Of a stretch of DNA of 64,000 nucleotides, positions 1-8,981 are shown piece by piece (the stretch's first letter is position 1; every line of letters begins with the position of its first letter). The translations under genes were made by a program, and so were the position numbers. The notes beneath the pieces were generated by a model. It saw only the letters and a list, made by a program, of their open reading frames with translations, had not been told where the DNA came from and did not search any database. The stretch spans positions 2,896,394 to 2,960,393 of the forward strand of contig OY969603.1 in assembly GCA_963701315.1 (NCBI GenBank). Direction: 5' to 3'. This DNA is from an uncultured Acidobacteriota bacterium. Lineage in GTDB: Bacteria > Acidobacteriota > Vicinamibacteria > Vicinamibacterales > Fen-181.

Positions 1-273
1 GTGTCCCTCGACGGGCACCAGTCGGTGGTGTTTGCCTTCCTCCAGGCCCAGCAACACGGGCGGCCCCAGCCCGCCGTCGCCCTCGACGGCCTGGACCCCA
101 CCGCCGTGTACCGGGTGCAGCCGCTCGACGGCAAGCTGGCCGAGAAGCTCGAGACGGCAAGCGGCGCCTACCTCCGGTCGCACGGCCTGACCTTCGAGCT
201 CACGGGCGACTTCGATAGCACCGCCGTGGTGCTGGAACGTGTGACGGACCTGGCCGGCAAATCGGGCCAGTAG
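1..273 (+). CDS. C-terminal end of a glycoside hydrolase, probably GH36 alpha-galactosidase-like (5' partial at window edge)
   Basis: The ORF runs in from the window edge. The tail ...LDGLDPTAVYRVQPLDG...SGAYLRSHGLTFELTGDFDSTAVVLERV resembles GH36 C-terminal beta-sandwich tails. Family assignment is from memory only. Confidence 0.45.
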   Translation: MSLDGHQSVVFAFLQAQQHGRPQPAVALDGLDPTAVYRVQPLDGKLAEKLETASGAYLRSHGLTFELTGDFDSTAVVLERVTDLAGKSGQ

Positions 274-337
274 GGGGGTCTCCCCGCCGGCACGGCGACG
301 CGGCCGGGAGGAAGGCGAGACGACACGGAGAGTGTTG

Positions 338-1600
338 ATGACCTCGCGCGAGCGCATCCTGGCAACCTGCGCCCACACGGAGCCGGACCGGGTGCCCGTC
401 GATTTCGGCGGCGGGTTCCAGACCGGCATGCATGTCAGCATCGTCTACCAGCTGCGGCAGGCGCTCGGGCTGGACCCGCCCGGCACGCCGGTCAAGGTTG
501 TCGAGACCTACCAGATGCTCGGCGAGATCGCCCCCGACCTGGCGCGTCAGCTGGGTGTCGACACCGTGAGCTTGTGCGGCCCCGGTACGATGTTCGGCTT
601 CCCGCAGCGGGAGTTCAAGGCGTGGCAGATGGCTGACGGCACACCGGTCCTGGTGCCCGTCGAGTTCAACACGACGTACGAGACCGAGGGCGATCTGCTC
701 CAGTGGCCTGGAAACGACCGCCGCGTCCCACCGAGTGGGCGCATGCCGGCCGGCGGGTACTTCTTCGACGGCATCATCCGTCAGGACCCCATCGACGAGA
801 CCCGCCTCGATCCGGCGGACAACATGGAGGAGTTCACGCTCGTCACCGACGATGAACTCGCTCACTACCGGGCGGAGGCGCGGCGCCTGCACACGATGAC
901 CGACCGCGCCCTGTTCTGCACCTTTGGAGGCCTGAGTTTCGGGGATGTCGCGCTCGTGCCGGCGCCGAGCCTCCCGCACCCGAGGGGCATTCGCGACATC
1001 GAGGAGTGGTACGTCAGCACGGTGAGACGGCCGGCCTACATCGAGGCGGTCTTCGAACGGCAGACCGAGGTGGCGCTCCTCAACCTCGCGCGCCTGTACG
1101 AGGCCATTGGCGATACGGCCGCCGTCATCCAGACCAACGGCACGGACTTCGGCACGCAGAACGGGCCGTTCTGCAGCCCAGCCCGCTACCGCCAGCTCTA
1201 CCTGCCCTACCAGCAGCGGGTGAACGGCTGGATCCACGCACATACGCCGTGGAAGACCTTCATGCACTGCTGCGGGGGCGTCGAGCCCCTGCTCGAGAGC
1301 TTCGTGGACGCCGGATTCGACATTCTTAATCCCGTGCAGTGCTCGGCGCGCGGCATGGAGCCGGCGGCACTCAAGCGCCGCTTCGGAGACCGGCTGGTGT
1401 TCTGGGGCGGCGGTGTCAACACGCAGCAGACGTTGCCCTTCGGCACGCCCCGGGAAGTTCGTGACGAGGTTCGGGCCCGGATCGACACCTTCGCGCCGGG
1501 CGGGGGGTTCGTCTTCTGCACGATTCACAACCTCCAGGCCCGGACGCCGATCGGCAACGTCCTCGCGATGTTCGAGGCGCTGGCGGAGTACGGGAGGTAG
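338..1600 (+). CDS. uroporphyrinogen decarboxylase (URO-D)-like family protein
   Basis: 420-aa ORF. GGAG lies 7 nt upstream of the ATG at 338 (GTG 332 is also in frame). The N-terminus SRERILATCAHTEPDRVPVDFGG and the overall length are typical of URO-D/MtaA-like proteins found in sugar loci. Confidence 0.75.
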   Translation: MTSRERILATCAHTEPDRVPVDFGGGFQTGMHVSIVYQLRQALGLDPPGTPVKVVETYQMLGEIAPDLARQLGVDTVSLCGPGTMFGFPQREFKAWQMADGTPVLVPVEFNTTYETEGDLLQWPGNDRRVPPSGRMPAGGYFFDGIIRQDPIDETRLDPADNMEEFTLVTDDELAHYRAEARRLHTMTDRALFCTFGGLSFGDVALVPAPSLPHPRGIRDIEEWYVSTVRRPAYIEAVFERQTEVALLNLARLYEAIGDTAAVIQTNGTDFGTQNGPFCSPARYRQLYLPYQQRVNGWIHAHTPWKTFMHCCGGVEPLLESFVDAGFDILNPVQCSARGMEPAALKRRFGDRLVFWGGGVNTQQTLPFGTPREVRDEVRARIDTFAPGGGFVFCTIHNLQARTPIGNVLAMFEALAEYGR

Positions 1601-1613
1601 CCCCGAGGCGTCC

Positions 1614-3065
1614 ATGAAGGAAACCGACACGGCGCACGTCCACCTGGCCTACCTGTGGACGATCTCTCTCGTCGCGGCGATGGGCGGCCTGCTGTTCGGG
1701 TACGACTGGGTCGTCATTGGCGGCGCCAAGCCATTCTTCGAGGAGCACTTCGCCCTGACGGGTCCCGCACAGGTGGGCTGGGCCAACTCCTGCGCGCTCC
1801 TTGGCTGTCTCCTTGGGTCGCTCGTGACCGGCACGCTCAGCGAGCGATTCGGGCGCCGCACGCTGCTGCTCGCCTCCGCGATCCTCTTTGCGGTGTCCTC
1901 GGTCCTGACGGGCTGGGCGCCGTCCTTTGCGACCTTCGTGGTGTGGCGGATCGGCGGCGGGCTGGCGATTGGCATGGCCTCGAACCTGTCACCGGTGTAC
2001 ATCGCCGAAGTATCGCCGGCGCGCCTGCGCGGCAGGCTCGTGGCGGTCAACCAGCTCACGATTGTGGTGGGCATCCTCCTCGCCCAGATCGTGAACTGGT
2101 GGATCGCCGTCAGGATGCCGTTCGGAGCGGTCGGCGCTGCCGAAACCGTCCGGCACGCCTGGAACGTCACGGTCGGCTGGCGGTGGATGTTCACGGCGGT
2201 CAGCGTGCCGTCTCTGCTGTTCTTCGCCGGGGCGATCTTCGTTCCCGAAAGCCCTCGCTGGCTGGCCGCCCACGGCGGCGCCGATCGCGCTCGGCGAGTC
2301 CTGGAAAGAATCGGTGGTGGCGCCTACGCCGAAGCCGAAACCGTGGCGGTGCTTCGAACACTGAAGGACGAGGCGACGGCGCGGACAACCGTGGCGGCGC
2401 TGACCCAGCCGGGGATGCGGAACATTCTGCTCATAGGCGTCACCCTGGCCGTGTTGCAGCAGTGGAGCGGCATCAACTCGATCTTCAACTACGCGGAGGA
2501 GATCTACCGTTCGGCCGGGTACGCCATCAACGACATCATGTTCAACATCGTGATTACTGGCGCGATCAACCTGGGCTGCACGCTGATCGCCATCGCGACC
2601 GTGGACCGGCTCGGGCGCCGAAAACTGATGCTCGTGGGGTGCGGTGGAATTGCCGTGTCGCACCTCCTCCTCGGTGCGGCGTATGCCGGGGGGCTCCGCG
2701 GCAGTGCCGTTCTCACGCTCACCCTCTCGTCGCTAGGGTGTTACGCCTTGTCGCTGGCCCCGGTCACCTGGGTGCTGATCGCCGAGATCTTCCCCAACCG
2801 CGTTCGGGCTGCGGGAGTATCCGTCGCAGTGTCCGCCCTGTGGGTGGCGTGCTTCGTTCTGACGTTTGCGTTCCCGCTGCTTCAACGCGCAGTCGGAATC
2901 GCCGCGACGTTCTGGACGTATGCGGCGATCTGCCTGGCAGGATTTGTTTTCGTGTGGCGGAGGGTGCCCGAAACGAAAGGTCGGAGCCTGGAACAGATCG
3001 AGCGCGACCTCGGCGTTCTTCCCCCAAGCACCGGCGATGTGGCGAGAACGCGCGGGATCGTGTGA
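1614..3065 (+). CDS. MFS sugar porter (sugar:H+ symporter, XylE/GalP-like)
   Basis: ATG at 1614 follows the upstream stop. Motifs GGLLFGYDWVVIGGA, GRR, PESPRWL and PETKGRSLEQIE are hallmark sugar-porter signatures. Multiple hydrophobic segments are present. Confidence 0.88.
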   Translation: MKETDTAHVHLAYLWTISLVAAMGGLLFGYDWVVIGGAKPFFEEHFALTGPAQVGWANSCALLGCLLGSLVTGTLSERFGRRTLLLASAILFAVSSVLTGWAPSFATFVVWRIGGGLAIGMASNLSPVYIAEVSPARLRGRLVAVNQLTIVVGILLAQIVNWWIAVRMPFGAVGAAETVRHAWNVTVGWRWMFTAVSVPSLLFFAGAIFVPESPRWLAAHGGADRARRVLERIGGGAYAEAETVAVLRTLKDEATARTTVAALTQPGMRNILLIGVTLAVLQQWSGINSIFNYAEEIYRSAGYAINDIMFNIVITGAINLGCTLIAIATVDRLGRRKLMLVGCGGIAVSHLLLGAAYAGGLRGSAVLTLTLSSLGCYALSLAPVTWVLIAEIFPNRVRAAGVSVAVSALWVACFVLTFAFPLLQRAVGIAATFWTYAAICLAGFVFVWRRVPETKGRSLEQIERDLGVLPPSTGDVARTRGIV

Positions 3066-3138
3066 ACCGGCGAGCCGTGCTATAGTCAGAGGTCTGGGAC
3101 CGCTCGGGAACACCACCTTGATTCAGAAGGAGCAGCGC

Positions 3139-3468
3139 ATGAAATCCATCATGCTCGGCGCCCTGGCAGTCGTCCTCGTCCTCGGCCTGGTCGGGTCCGC
3201 GACTGCGGCCGACAAGACGTTGACTGGCAGCATCATGTGCGCGAAATGCGCGCTGAAGAAGGCCGACGCCAAGGTATGCCAGGACGTACTCGTCGTCAAG
3301 GGCGAGGGGGACAAGACCACCGAGTACTACCTCACCAAGAACGCCGTGGCCGAGAAGTTCGGGCATGTGTGCAAGGGTGAAAAGGCGGTGACGGTTACGG
3401 GCGCGGTGTCGGAGAAGGACGGGAAGACCTGGCTCGAGGCGACGAAGATCGAGGAAGCCAAGAAGTAG
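3139..3468 (+). CDS. small secreted Cys-containing protein (DUF6370-like)
   Basis: AAGGAG RBS at 3127-3132. Signal peptide MKSIMLGALAVVLVLGLVGSATA. The mature part has CAKC and C...C pairs. 109 aa. Confidence 0.6.
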   Translation: MKSIMLGALAVVLVLGLVGSATAADKTLTGSIMCAKCALKKADAKVCQDVLVVKGEGDKTTEYYLTKNAVAEKFGHVCKGEKAVTVTGAVSEKDGKTWLEATKIEEAKK

Positions 3469-3487
3469 GGTCGACTCAGGTCGCGGG

Positions 3488-3509
3488 GGCCGGGGCGCAT
3501 TCCCCGGCC
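3488..3509 (+). terminator. GC-rich hairpin downstream of the small secreted protein gene
   Basis: 8-bp perfect stem GGCCGGGG / CCCCGGCC with a 6-nt loop, 20 nt after the stop. There is no U-tract, so it is only terminator-like. Confidence 0.35.
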
Positions 3510-3578
3510 TCGCCGACGATTCTCACAGGGTTTCGGCCGCGATCCCCGTCACGATATACTCAAGCTGCTCGGTTCGGT

Positions 3579-3665
3579 GCCGGAGTGGCGAAACTGGCAG
3601 ACGCGCGGGACTCAAAATTCCGTGTCCGCAAGGACGTGTGGGTTCGATTCCCTCCTCCGGCACCA
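3579..3665 (+). tRNA. tRNA-Leu (anticodon CAA), type II with long variable arm, CCA encoded
   Basis: Folds by hand as GCCGGAG/TG/GCG-AAACTGGCAGA-CGC/G/CGGGA-CTCAAAA-TTCCG/variable arm/GTGGG-TTCGATT-CCCTC/CTCCGGC-A-CCA. There is one T:T mismatch in the T stem. Confidence 0.9.
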
Positions 3666-3746
3666 TATAAACACCAGCTGAACAAGTGTTTCCGGCTGAT
3701 ACCCGTGGACAGGCATGTACCTGACCGCGTTCATGTCTGACACAGA
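3610..3746 (+). repeat. attL-like copy of a 137-bp direct repeat (tRNA-Leu 3' 56 nt plus about 80 nt flank)
   Basis: Repeats at 17055-17191. The tRNA part differs at 1 nt. The first 22 nt of flank (TATAAACACCAGCTGAACAAGT) are identical, then identity is roughly 85-90 percent. Confidence 0.8.
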
Positions 3747-4086
3747 ACTGACACAGTCAGCTCGCCGCAAGGAGTACAGACAGTTGTACTCTCTGTACTT
3801 GTCGGTACCCGCCCCACCGGCACCGGTGGAGCTCCGCGCTGACGCGATCCACGTCGGCCGGCCCGGAGACCGAAACCGCACGCGTCTGCTCCTGGCCTCT
3901 CGTCACGGGCTACGCGTGAGCGAGGTCGTGGCACTGCGCGGTGACTCGGTCGACGTCACGGCCGGGCGCTGGACGTCGTGGGCCTACGAACGAGTGCCGT
4001 CGAGGCATCCGCTGCGGGGCGACGAAGCGCCGGATCCCCGGGTCTCGTCAGAACGGCATCCGGGCATTACCTCGCCGCCCTTGTAG
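3715..4086 (+). pseudogene. 3'-truncated small tyrosine recombinase/integrase (FimB-like)
   Basis: ...RNRTRLLLASRHGLRVSEVVALRGDSVDV...SRHPLRGDE matches the N-terminal half of small integrases (HGLRxSE...W.D.D...HPL). The catalytic C-terminal half is absent and the ORF runs into the antisense of the next gene. Confidence 0.65.
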
Positions 4087-5303
4087 ACTGTCAGGATCTT
4101 GTCCCGCCTGCAGAGCACCCGGATGTCGGCCAAAGGATCGCCGTCAACGACAACAAGGTCCGCCTGTTTGCTGGCCTCCAGCGTGCCGATCTGGTCCTGC
4201 AATCCGAGCACGATGGCATTGTTGCGAGTCGCGCAGACGATGGCTTCCATCGGCGAGAGGCCAATCTTGTTGACATAGGCTAGGATCTCGTCGGCATTCC
4301 GCCCCATCGGCGATGTCGTGTCCCCCACGTAATCGGTGCCGCTGCCGCAGACCACACCAGCCGCGTACGCCTTCTTGAACGACACGATGTGTGCCGCCTG
4401 GACGCTCTCGGCCTTGCGCACTGACGCTTCCAGCACACCGACCTTCCGGCGGTTCTGAACGATCGCATCGACGATCGCGAACGTCGGCACGAGCGTCGTG
4501 CCTCGCTGCACCATCAGCTCGATGACCTCGTCGTCGAGGTAGATGCCATGTTCGATATTGTCCACGCCGGCGAGGACGGCGTTCTTGATCCCGCGCGTCC
4601 CTTGGGCGTGGCTGCCTGTCCGCACACCCGCATTGCGCGCCTCTTGGACGAACGCTTCAATCTCCTCCATGCTGTACTGGCACGAGGTGGGTTTGTCCTT
4701 CTCGGACATCACGCCACCGGTCGTCATGATCTTCAGCATATCGGCGCCTTCGCGAAGCTGTTGGCGGGCCGCCTTCTGCACCTCGGCCACACCATCGGCA
4801 AGCCGACTGATTTCAAGCCGTTCCGCCCATTGGACCGGCGCGAAATGAACATCGCCGTGGCCACCCGTCTGACTCACGGCCCGCCCGGATGCGACGATGC
4901 GCGGCCCGGGCACGCCGCCCTCTTCAATCGCACGCTTAGTGTAGAGCGCGGACATGCCGCCCGCGTCGCGAATGGTGGTGACCTCGGCATCGAGGCAGCG
5001 CCACGCATCCCTGGCTGCGCGGATCGCCCGCACATGCGGTTCTTCGACGATGATCCCGACCTGGTTCAGGGACCTAATGCCGAACAGGTGGAGGTGAGCG
5101 TCAATCAATCCCGGCATCACCGTCTTGCCGGCGACATCCCTGACGGTCGCGCTGGCCGGCACTTTCACCCGACCGGCGGGACCAACGTCCTGAATCCTGC
5201 CCCCGCCGATCAGCACAACGCCGTTAGCGATGGGCGTGGCTCCGGTGCCGTCGATCACGCTGCCACCGACAAGAGCGACGACACTTGCTCCCGGGCCTGC
5301 CAT
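3984..5303 (-). CDS. amidohydrolase family metal-dependent hydrolase (cytoplasmic)
   Basis: Start at MAGPGASVVALVGG with GGAG upstream. Motifs GKTVMPGLIDAHLHL, GGHGD, HAQG and GSGTD are typical amidohydrolase metal ligands. The last roughly 25 aa are non-homologous read-through into the integrase remnant. Confidence 0.85.
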   Translation of the reverse strand: MAGPGASVVALVGGSVIDGTGATPIANGVVLIGGGRIQDVGPAGRVKVPASATVRDVAGKTVMPGLIDAHLHLFGIRSLNQVGIIVEEPHVRAIRAARDAWRCLDAEVTTIRDAGGMSALYTKRAIEEGGVPGPRIVASGRAVSQTGGHGDVHFAPVQWAERLEISRLADGVAEVQKAARQQLREGADMLKIMTTGGVMSEKDKPTSCQYSMEEIEAFVQEARNAGVRTGSHAQGTRGIKNAVLAGVDNIEHGIYLDDEVIELMVQRGTTLVPTFAIVDAIVQNRRKVGVLEASVRKAESVQAAHIVSFKKAYAAGVVCGSGTDYVGDTTSPMGRNADEILAYVNKIGLSPMEAIVCATRNNAIVLGLQDQIGTLEASKQADLVVVDGDPLADIRVLCRRDKILTVYKGGEVMPGCRSDETRGSGASSPRSGCLDGTRS

Positions 5304-5368
5304 GTGGACTCCAGTTCCGAGAAGATGTACCAAGAAGCCTCGCGAACGACCGAACGGACGTCTGTCTA

Positions 5369-6060
5369 TCAGTGGGAGTCGGTGCCGGCCAGCGCTTTCG
5401 CGAACTCGGCCTGCTTCTGCCGGATCTCCTCGTCGTGGACGCCCGGCCGCACGTGATGAACCGACCGCAGGCCCGCCGCGAGGCCGCGCGCCTGGATCGA
5501 GTGATGGTCCTCGTTGTCCATGATCTCCCACTGCACCCGGGCGCTCCGCCAGTGGCGCAGCGCGAACTGCTCTCCGACCCAGGTGACGCCGCTGCCAAAC
5601 CTCAGGAGTGCCGTGAGGGGGTCTTGACCAATTTCCACACGCCCGCAGCAGATGAAGAGATCGGCTTCTCGGTCTTCCGCACCCTGCGTGCAAGGGTGCG
5701 GGGAGTGGGTCGTTCCGCTCCACATGCCGCGACGGTGGATCTTCCCTCGTGGACTCCGCGGGCCGGGCCCGTCGTCGGCGGGCCGGCTCTCTAGCCGTCC
5801 GGAGGAGGGCGGCGTGGCGGGTATCGTTGTGAGGGCAGGCGGGTGGCCCCCGAGTCGTCGTACCTGCGGCCACAGGGTGTGCCAGCGGCTGGGAACATGC
5901 CCGACAGGAGTGTCGGTCGTCGCCGCCACACGGTCGAGACCCTGGCGGTGTCGCGCGAAATGGGTCGACGCGATGTCGCTGGTGTCGAGACTGACGTACA
6001 AGATCGTTCCGGCCCCTTGGCGGCAGCCGGCGGAAAGGGCAGCGGACCACCCGCACCCCC
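5369..6060 (-). pseudogene. degraded or multiply frame-broken ORF, possibly class I glutamine amidotransferase-like
   Basis: The C-terminal part (…DLFICCGRVEIGQDPL…GVHDEEI…) reads well in one frame. Upstream coding signal appears to hop frames, for example at CAG-GTAC near 5860. No clean start codon. Family guess is weak. Confidence 0.25.
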
Positions 6061-6071
6061 GTGTCGCGGGG

Positions 6072-8492
6072 TCAGGTTCCCAGCAGCGACAGCGCGTTGG
6101 CGGTGGCCGCCCTCCGCGCCGGCAGCCACCCGCCGGCCACGAGCACGCCCGCCACGAGGGTACCGACCGCCACATAGACTATCGGATCCGAGGGATCGAC
6201 GTCGTCGAGCATCGCGGACAGGGCGGTGGCCATCGCGCGGGCCAGCATGAGCCCCACGAGGAGTGCGCAGGTGCCGGTGGTGAGCAGACGCGTCAGCGCG
6301 ACGCGCAGGAGCGAGCGGGGCGACGCACCGAGCGCGACGCGAATGCCGAACTCGCGGTAGCGCGTGCGGACCGAATACGCGGCGAACCCGTAGATGCCGA
6401 GGGCCGCGATCGCGAGCGCGAGCGCCGCGAAGGCGGAGAACCACTGTCCCCACAGCACGGGCAGCCACACGAGACGCTGGAGCACGGCCTCGAGCGTCAT
6501 CAGGTCGAAGATCGGCGCGTCGGGCACCTCGCGCTGAAGGGCGGTGCGCAGCGCCGCCGCCACCGCCTGGGGATCACCAGTCGTGCGAACGGCGAGGACC
6601 GGTGATTGCGAGGCGGCGGCGATTCGGGCCATCGGCACGTAGACCTGCGCGTCGGGCCACGCATCGATGCCTTTCAGCTGATAGGGGCGCGCCACGTCCG
6701 ACACGATGCCCGCCACCGTGAGCCAGTCGTCGGCTGACGTACTGCCGGCCGGCCGCATCCGGCGGCCGACAGCCTCCGCTCCCGGCCACAGGCGATGAGC
6801 CAGCGTGCGGCTCACGAGCGCCTGCGCGTCACCCCGTTCGATCTCCTCCTGCCGCAGCCAGCGGCCCGCGACCAACGATAGTCCCAGGACCGCTGGAAAG
6901 TCGCGTGTGCCCGCCATTCGGGACGCCAGCACGCCGGTCGAGCCCGTGCGAGGCTGCCCTTCGGCCTCGAGCAGCAGGGACGCGAACCCGACGCTGCTTG
7001 CCGGCAGCCGGTCGGCCGCGGCGGCTTGCTCGATGCCAGGGATGGACTGGCACCTGGCCAGCAAACGGTCGATGACGGCGAGCCGCTGCAGCACGTCAGG
7101 ATACCGCGCGGCTGGTAGTGAGAGGCGGAGCGTCAGGCAGTGAGCCGTGTCGAGACCGAGCGTGGCACCCCGCGACACGACCGCACTCCGGACGAGCAAC
7201 AGCGCGCCCACGAGCAGCACGATCGAGGCCGTCACCTGGAAACCGAGGAGGGCGTGCCTCAGCCAGGCGCCGCCCGAGCGCCTCTGGCTCTCGCTCTCGC
7301 CGCGTTGCACGGACACGGCATTCACCGTCGACCCGCGCAGCGCTGGCGCGAGGCCGAAAGCGAGGCCGGTGAGCAGGGCGGTGATGGCGATGGCCACGAC
7401 GCTCCGGACATCCATCGAGAGGTCGATCCACCGGGGGACCTGGAACGGCACGATGGCGACGATGGCATCGTCCAGCCACGCGGCCACCAGCAGCCCGAGG
7501 AGGCCGCCGAGCCCTGCCAAGGCCACGGTTTCGACGAGCGTTTCCCTGATCAGCAGTCCGCGCGACGCCCCGAGGGCCGCCCGGATCCCCATCTCCTGTC
7601 GGCGCCCGATGGCGTCGGCCAGGAGGAGGTTCGCGACGTTCGCGCAGACCAGGAGCAGCACCAACAGCACGCTCACCGCCAGGCCGACGAGCCCCGCGCG
7701 GGCCGCGGGCGGCAGCATCTCGTCCCGGAGCGGCCGGACGCACACGCTCCAGTCGCGGTTCGTCTGCGGATAGCGCCCGGCCAGCTGCGAGGCGACCGCC
7801 TGCAGGTCAGTCCGCGCATCGTCGAGCGACCAGCCGGGGCGGAGACGAGCCACGACGCCCAGCCACCGGGCATCGCGGGGCGTATGCCGCACGTCGAGCG
7901 CCAGCGGCGTCCAGATCTCGGTCCATTCCGGGAATTCATAGCGCCGCGGCATGACGCCGACGATGGTGTGCGGTGTGCCGTCGATCCGCAGGTGCCGGCC
8001 GACGATGTGCGGGTCCGCTTGGAAGCGACGCTGCCACAACACGTAGCTGATCACCGCGACGGGAGGCGCGCCGGCGATGTCCTCGCCCTCCTCGAACCCG
8101 CGGCCGAGCAGCGGCGCGCCGCCCAGGACGTGGATGAAGCCCGCCGTGACCCGGGCGCCGGGAACGTGCTCAGGGCGGTCGTCGCCGCCGATGCTGAAGG
8201 GCCGCGGTTCGTAGGCCGCCATCCCCGCCAGTCCCCGGTTGTTGCGCCGCCAGTCGTCGAAGTCGGGCGGCGACACCAGCGCCCAGGTCTTGCCGAGGCG
8301 GGGCTGGGACTCCCAGAGCGACACGATGCGGTTCGGGTCGCCAAACGGCAGCGGCCGCAGCACCATGGCGTCGAGGCTGCCGAACGTGTGGCCGACGACC
8401 CCGATGCCGAGTGCGAGAATGCCGACGATACTGGCCGTGAACAGGGGGTTGCGACGCCAGCGCCGGACGGCCGCGTGCAGGGTGAGAGACAT
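6072..8492 (-). CDS. ADOP-family duplicated FtsX/MacB-like ABC permease
   Basis: 807 aa from MSLTLHAAVRRWRRNPLFTASIVGILALGIG. Two FtsX-type 4-TM modules are separated by large periplasmic domains. The C-terminus ...GWLPARRAATANALSLLGT is typical of the Acidobacterial ADOP family. Confidence 0.85.
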   Translation of the reverse strand: MSLTLHAAVRRWRRNPLFTASIVGILALGIGVVGHTFGSLDAMVLRPLPFGDPNRIVSLWESQPRLGKTWALVSPPDFDDWRRNNRGLAGMAAYEPRPFSIGGDDRPEHVPGARVTAGFIHVLGGAPLLGRGFEEGEDIAGAPPVAVISYVLWQRRFQADPHIVGRHLRIDGTPHTIVGVMPRRYEFPEWTEIWTPLALDVRHTPRDARWLGVVARLRPGWSLDDARTDLQAVASQLAGRYPQTNRDWSVCVRPLRDEMLPPAARAGLVGLAVSVLLVLLLVCANVANLLLADAIGRRQEMGIRAALGASRGLLIRETLVETVALAGLGGLLGLLVAAWLDDAIVAIVPFQVPRWIDLSMDVRSVVAIAITALLTGLAFGLAPALRGSTVNAVSVQRGESESQRRSGGAWLRHALLGFQVTASIVLLVGALLLVRSAVVSRGATLGLDTAHCLTLRLSLPAARYPDVLQRLAVIDRLLARCQSIPGIEQAAAADRLPASSVGFASLLLEAEGQPRTGSTGVLASRMAGTRDFPAVLGLSLVAGRWLRQEEIERGDAQALVSRTLAHRLWPGAEAVGRRMRPAGSTSADDWLTVAGIVSDVARPYQLKGIDAWPDAQVYVPMARIAAASQSPVLAVRTTGDPQAVAAALRTALQREVPDAPIFDLMTLEAVLQRLVWLPVLWGQWFSAFAALALAIAALGIYGFAAYSVRTRYREFGIRVALGASPRSLLRVALTRLLTTGTCALLVGLMLARAMATALSAMLDDVDPSDPIVYVAVGTLVAGVLVAGGWLPARRAATANALSLLGT

Positions 8493-8981
8493 AGTCACAG
8501 ATCGCCCTCGGGTGAAGACTGCACGGCGTCCGTGCAAGGGCCGTTCCCGGCGTCCGTCTGCAGGGATCCGGTGAGCGGCGTTCCGCCCGGCTGGCCGACT
8601 GTCCGTTTCCGGGACGGGTCGATACCGCCCCCGGACGGGTTGCGCGGCGCCCCCGGTCGTCCGCCCACTTGGTGTCGCATCGCACGCGCGAGCTCTCCGA
8701 CTCGCGACACCGGTGCGCGTCTCACCCAGGTGGGAAGGACTCGTTAAGGCGGGGACAATCGACCCACTGGGGCAGGGCGGATGGAAGAACCCGCGGCGGC
8801 CCGCCAATGGATGCTTGATTGGGCCAGGCCTTCCGGAGACGATGGGAGGTTCCCGGGCGGACCCGGGGGCGGTTTTGTCGACACTCGCCGCGGCCCGCGG
8901 GCCGTCGCGGCGTCGGCGTGCTGCCGGGGCCGGTCGGGCGGCCGGTGGGACCGGGAACGCCCGCTTGGAGGAACGAACGTC

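Noticed and set aside
200-1630. 476-aa ORF antisense to the URO-D-like gene. Similar long antisense or shadow ORFs occur at 9105-11003, 27248-28276, 30013-30876, 41447-42523, 59804-61555, 5652-6605 and elsewhere.
   Set aside because: Their translations are Arg/Pro/Gly/Ala-rich low-complexity strings with no motifs. They mirror well-supported genes on the other strand. This is typical stop-codon depletion in high-GC DNA.
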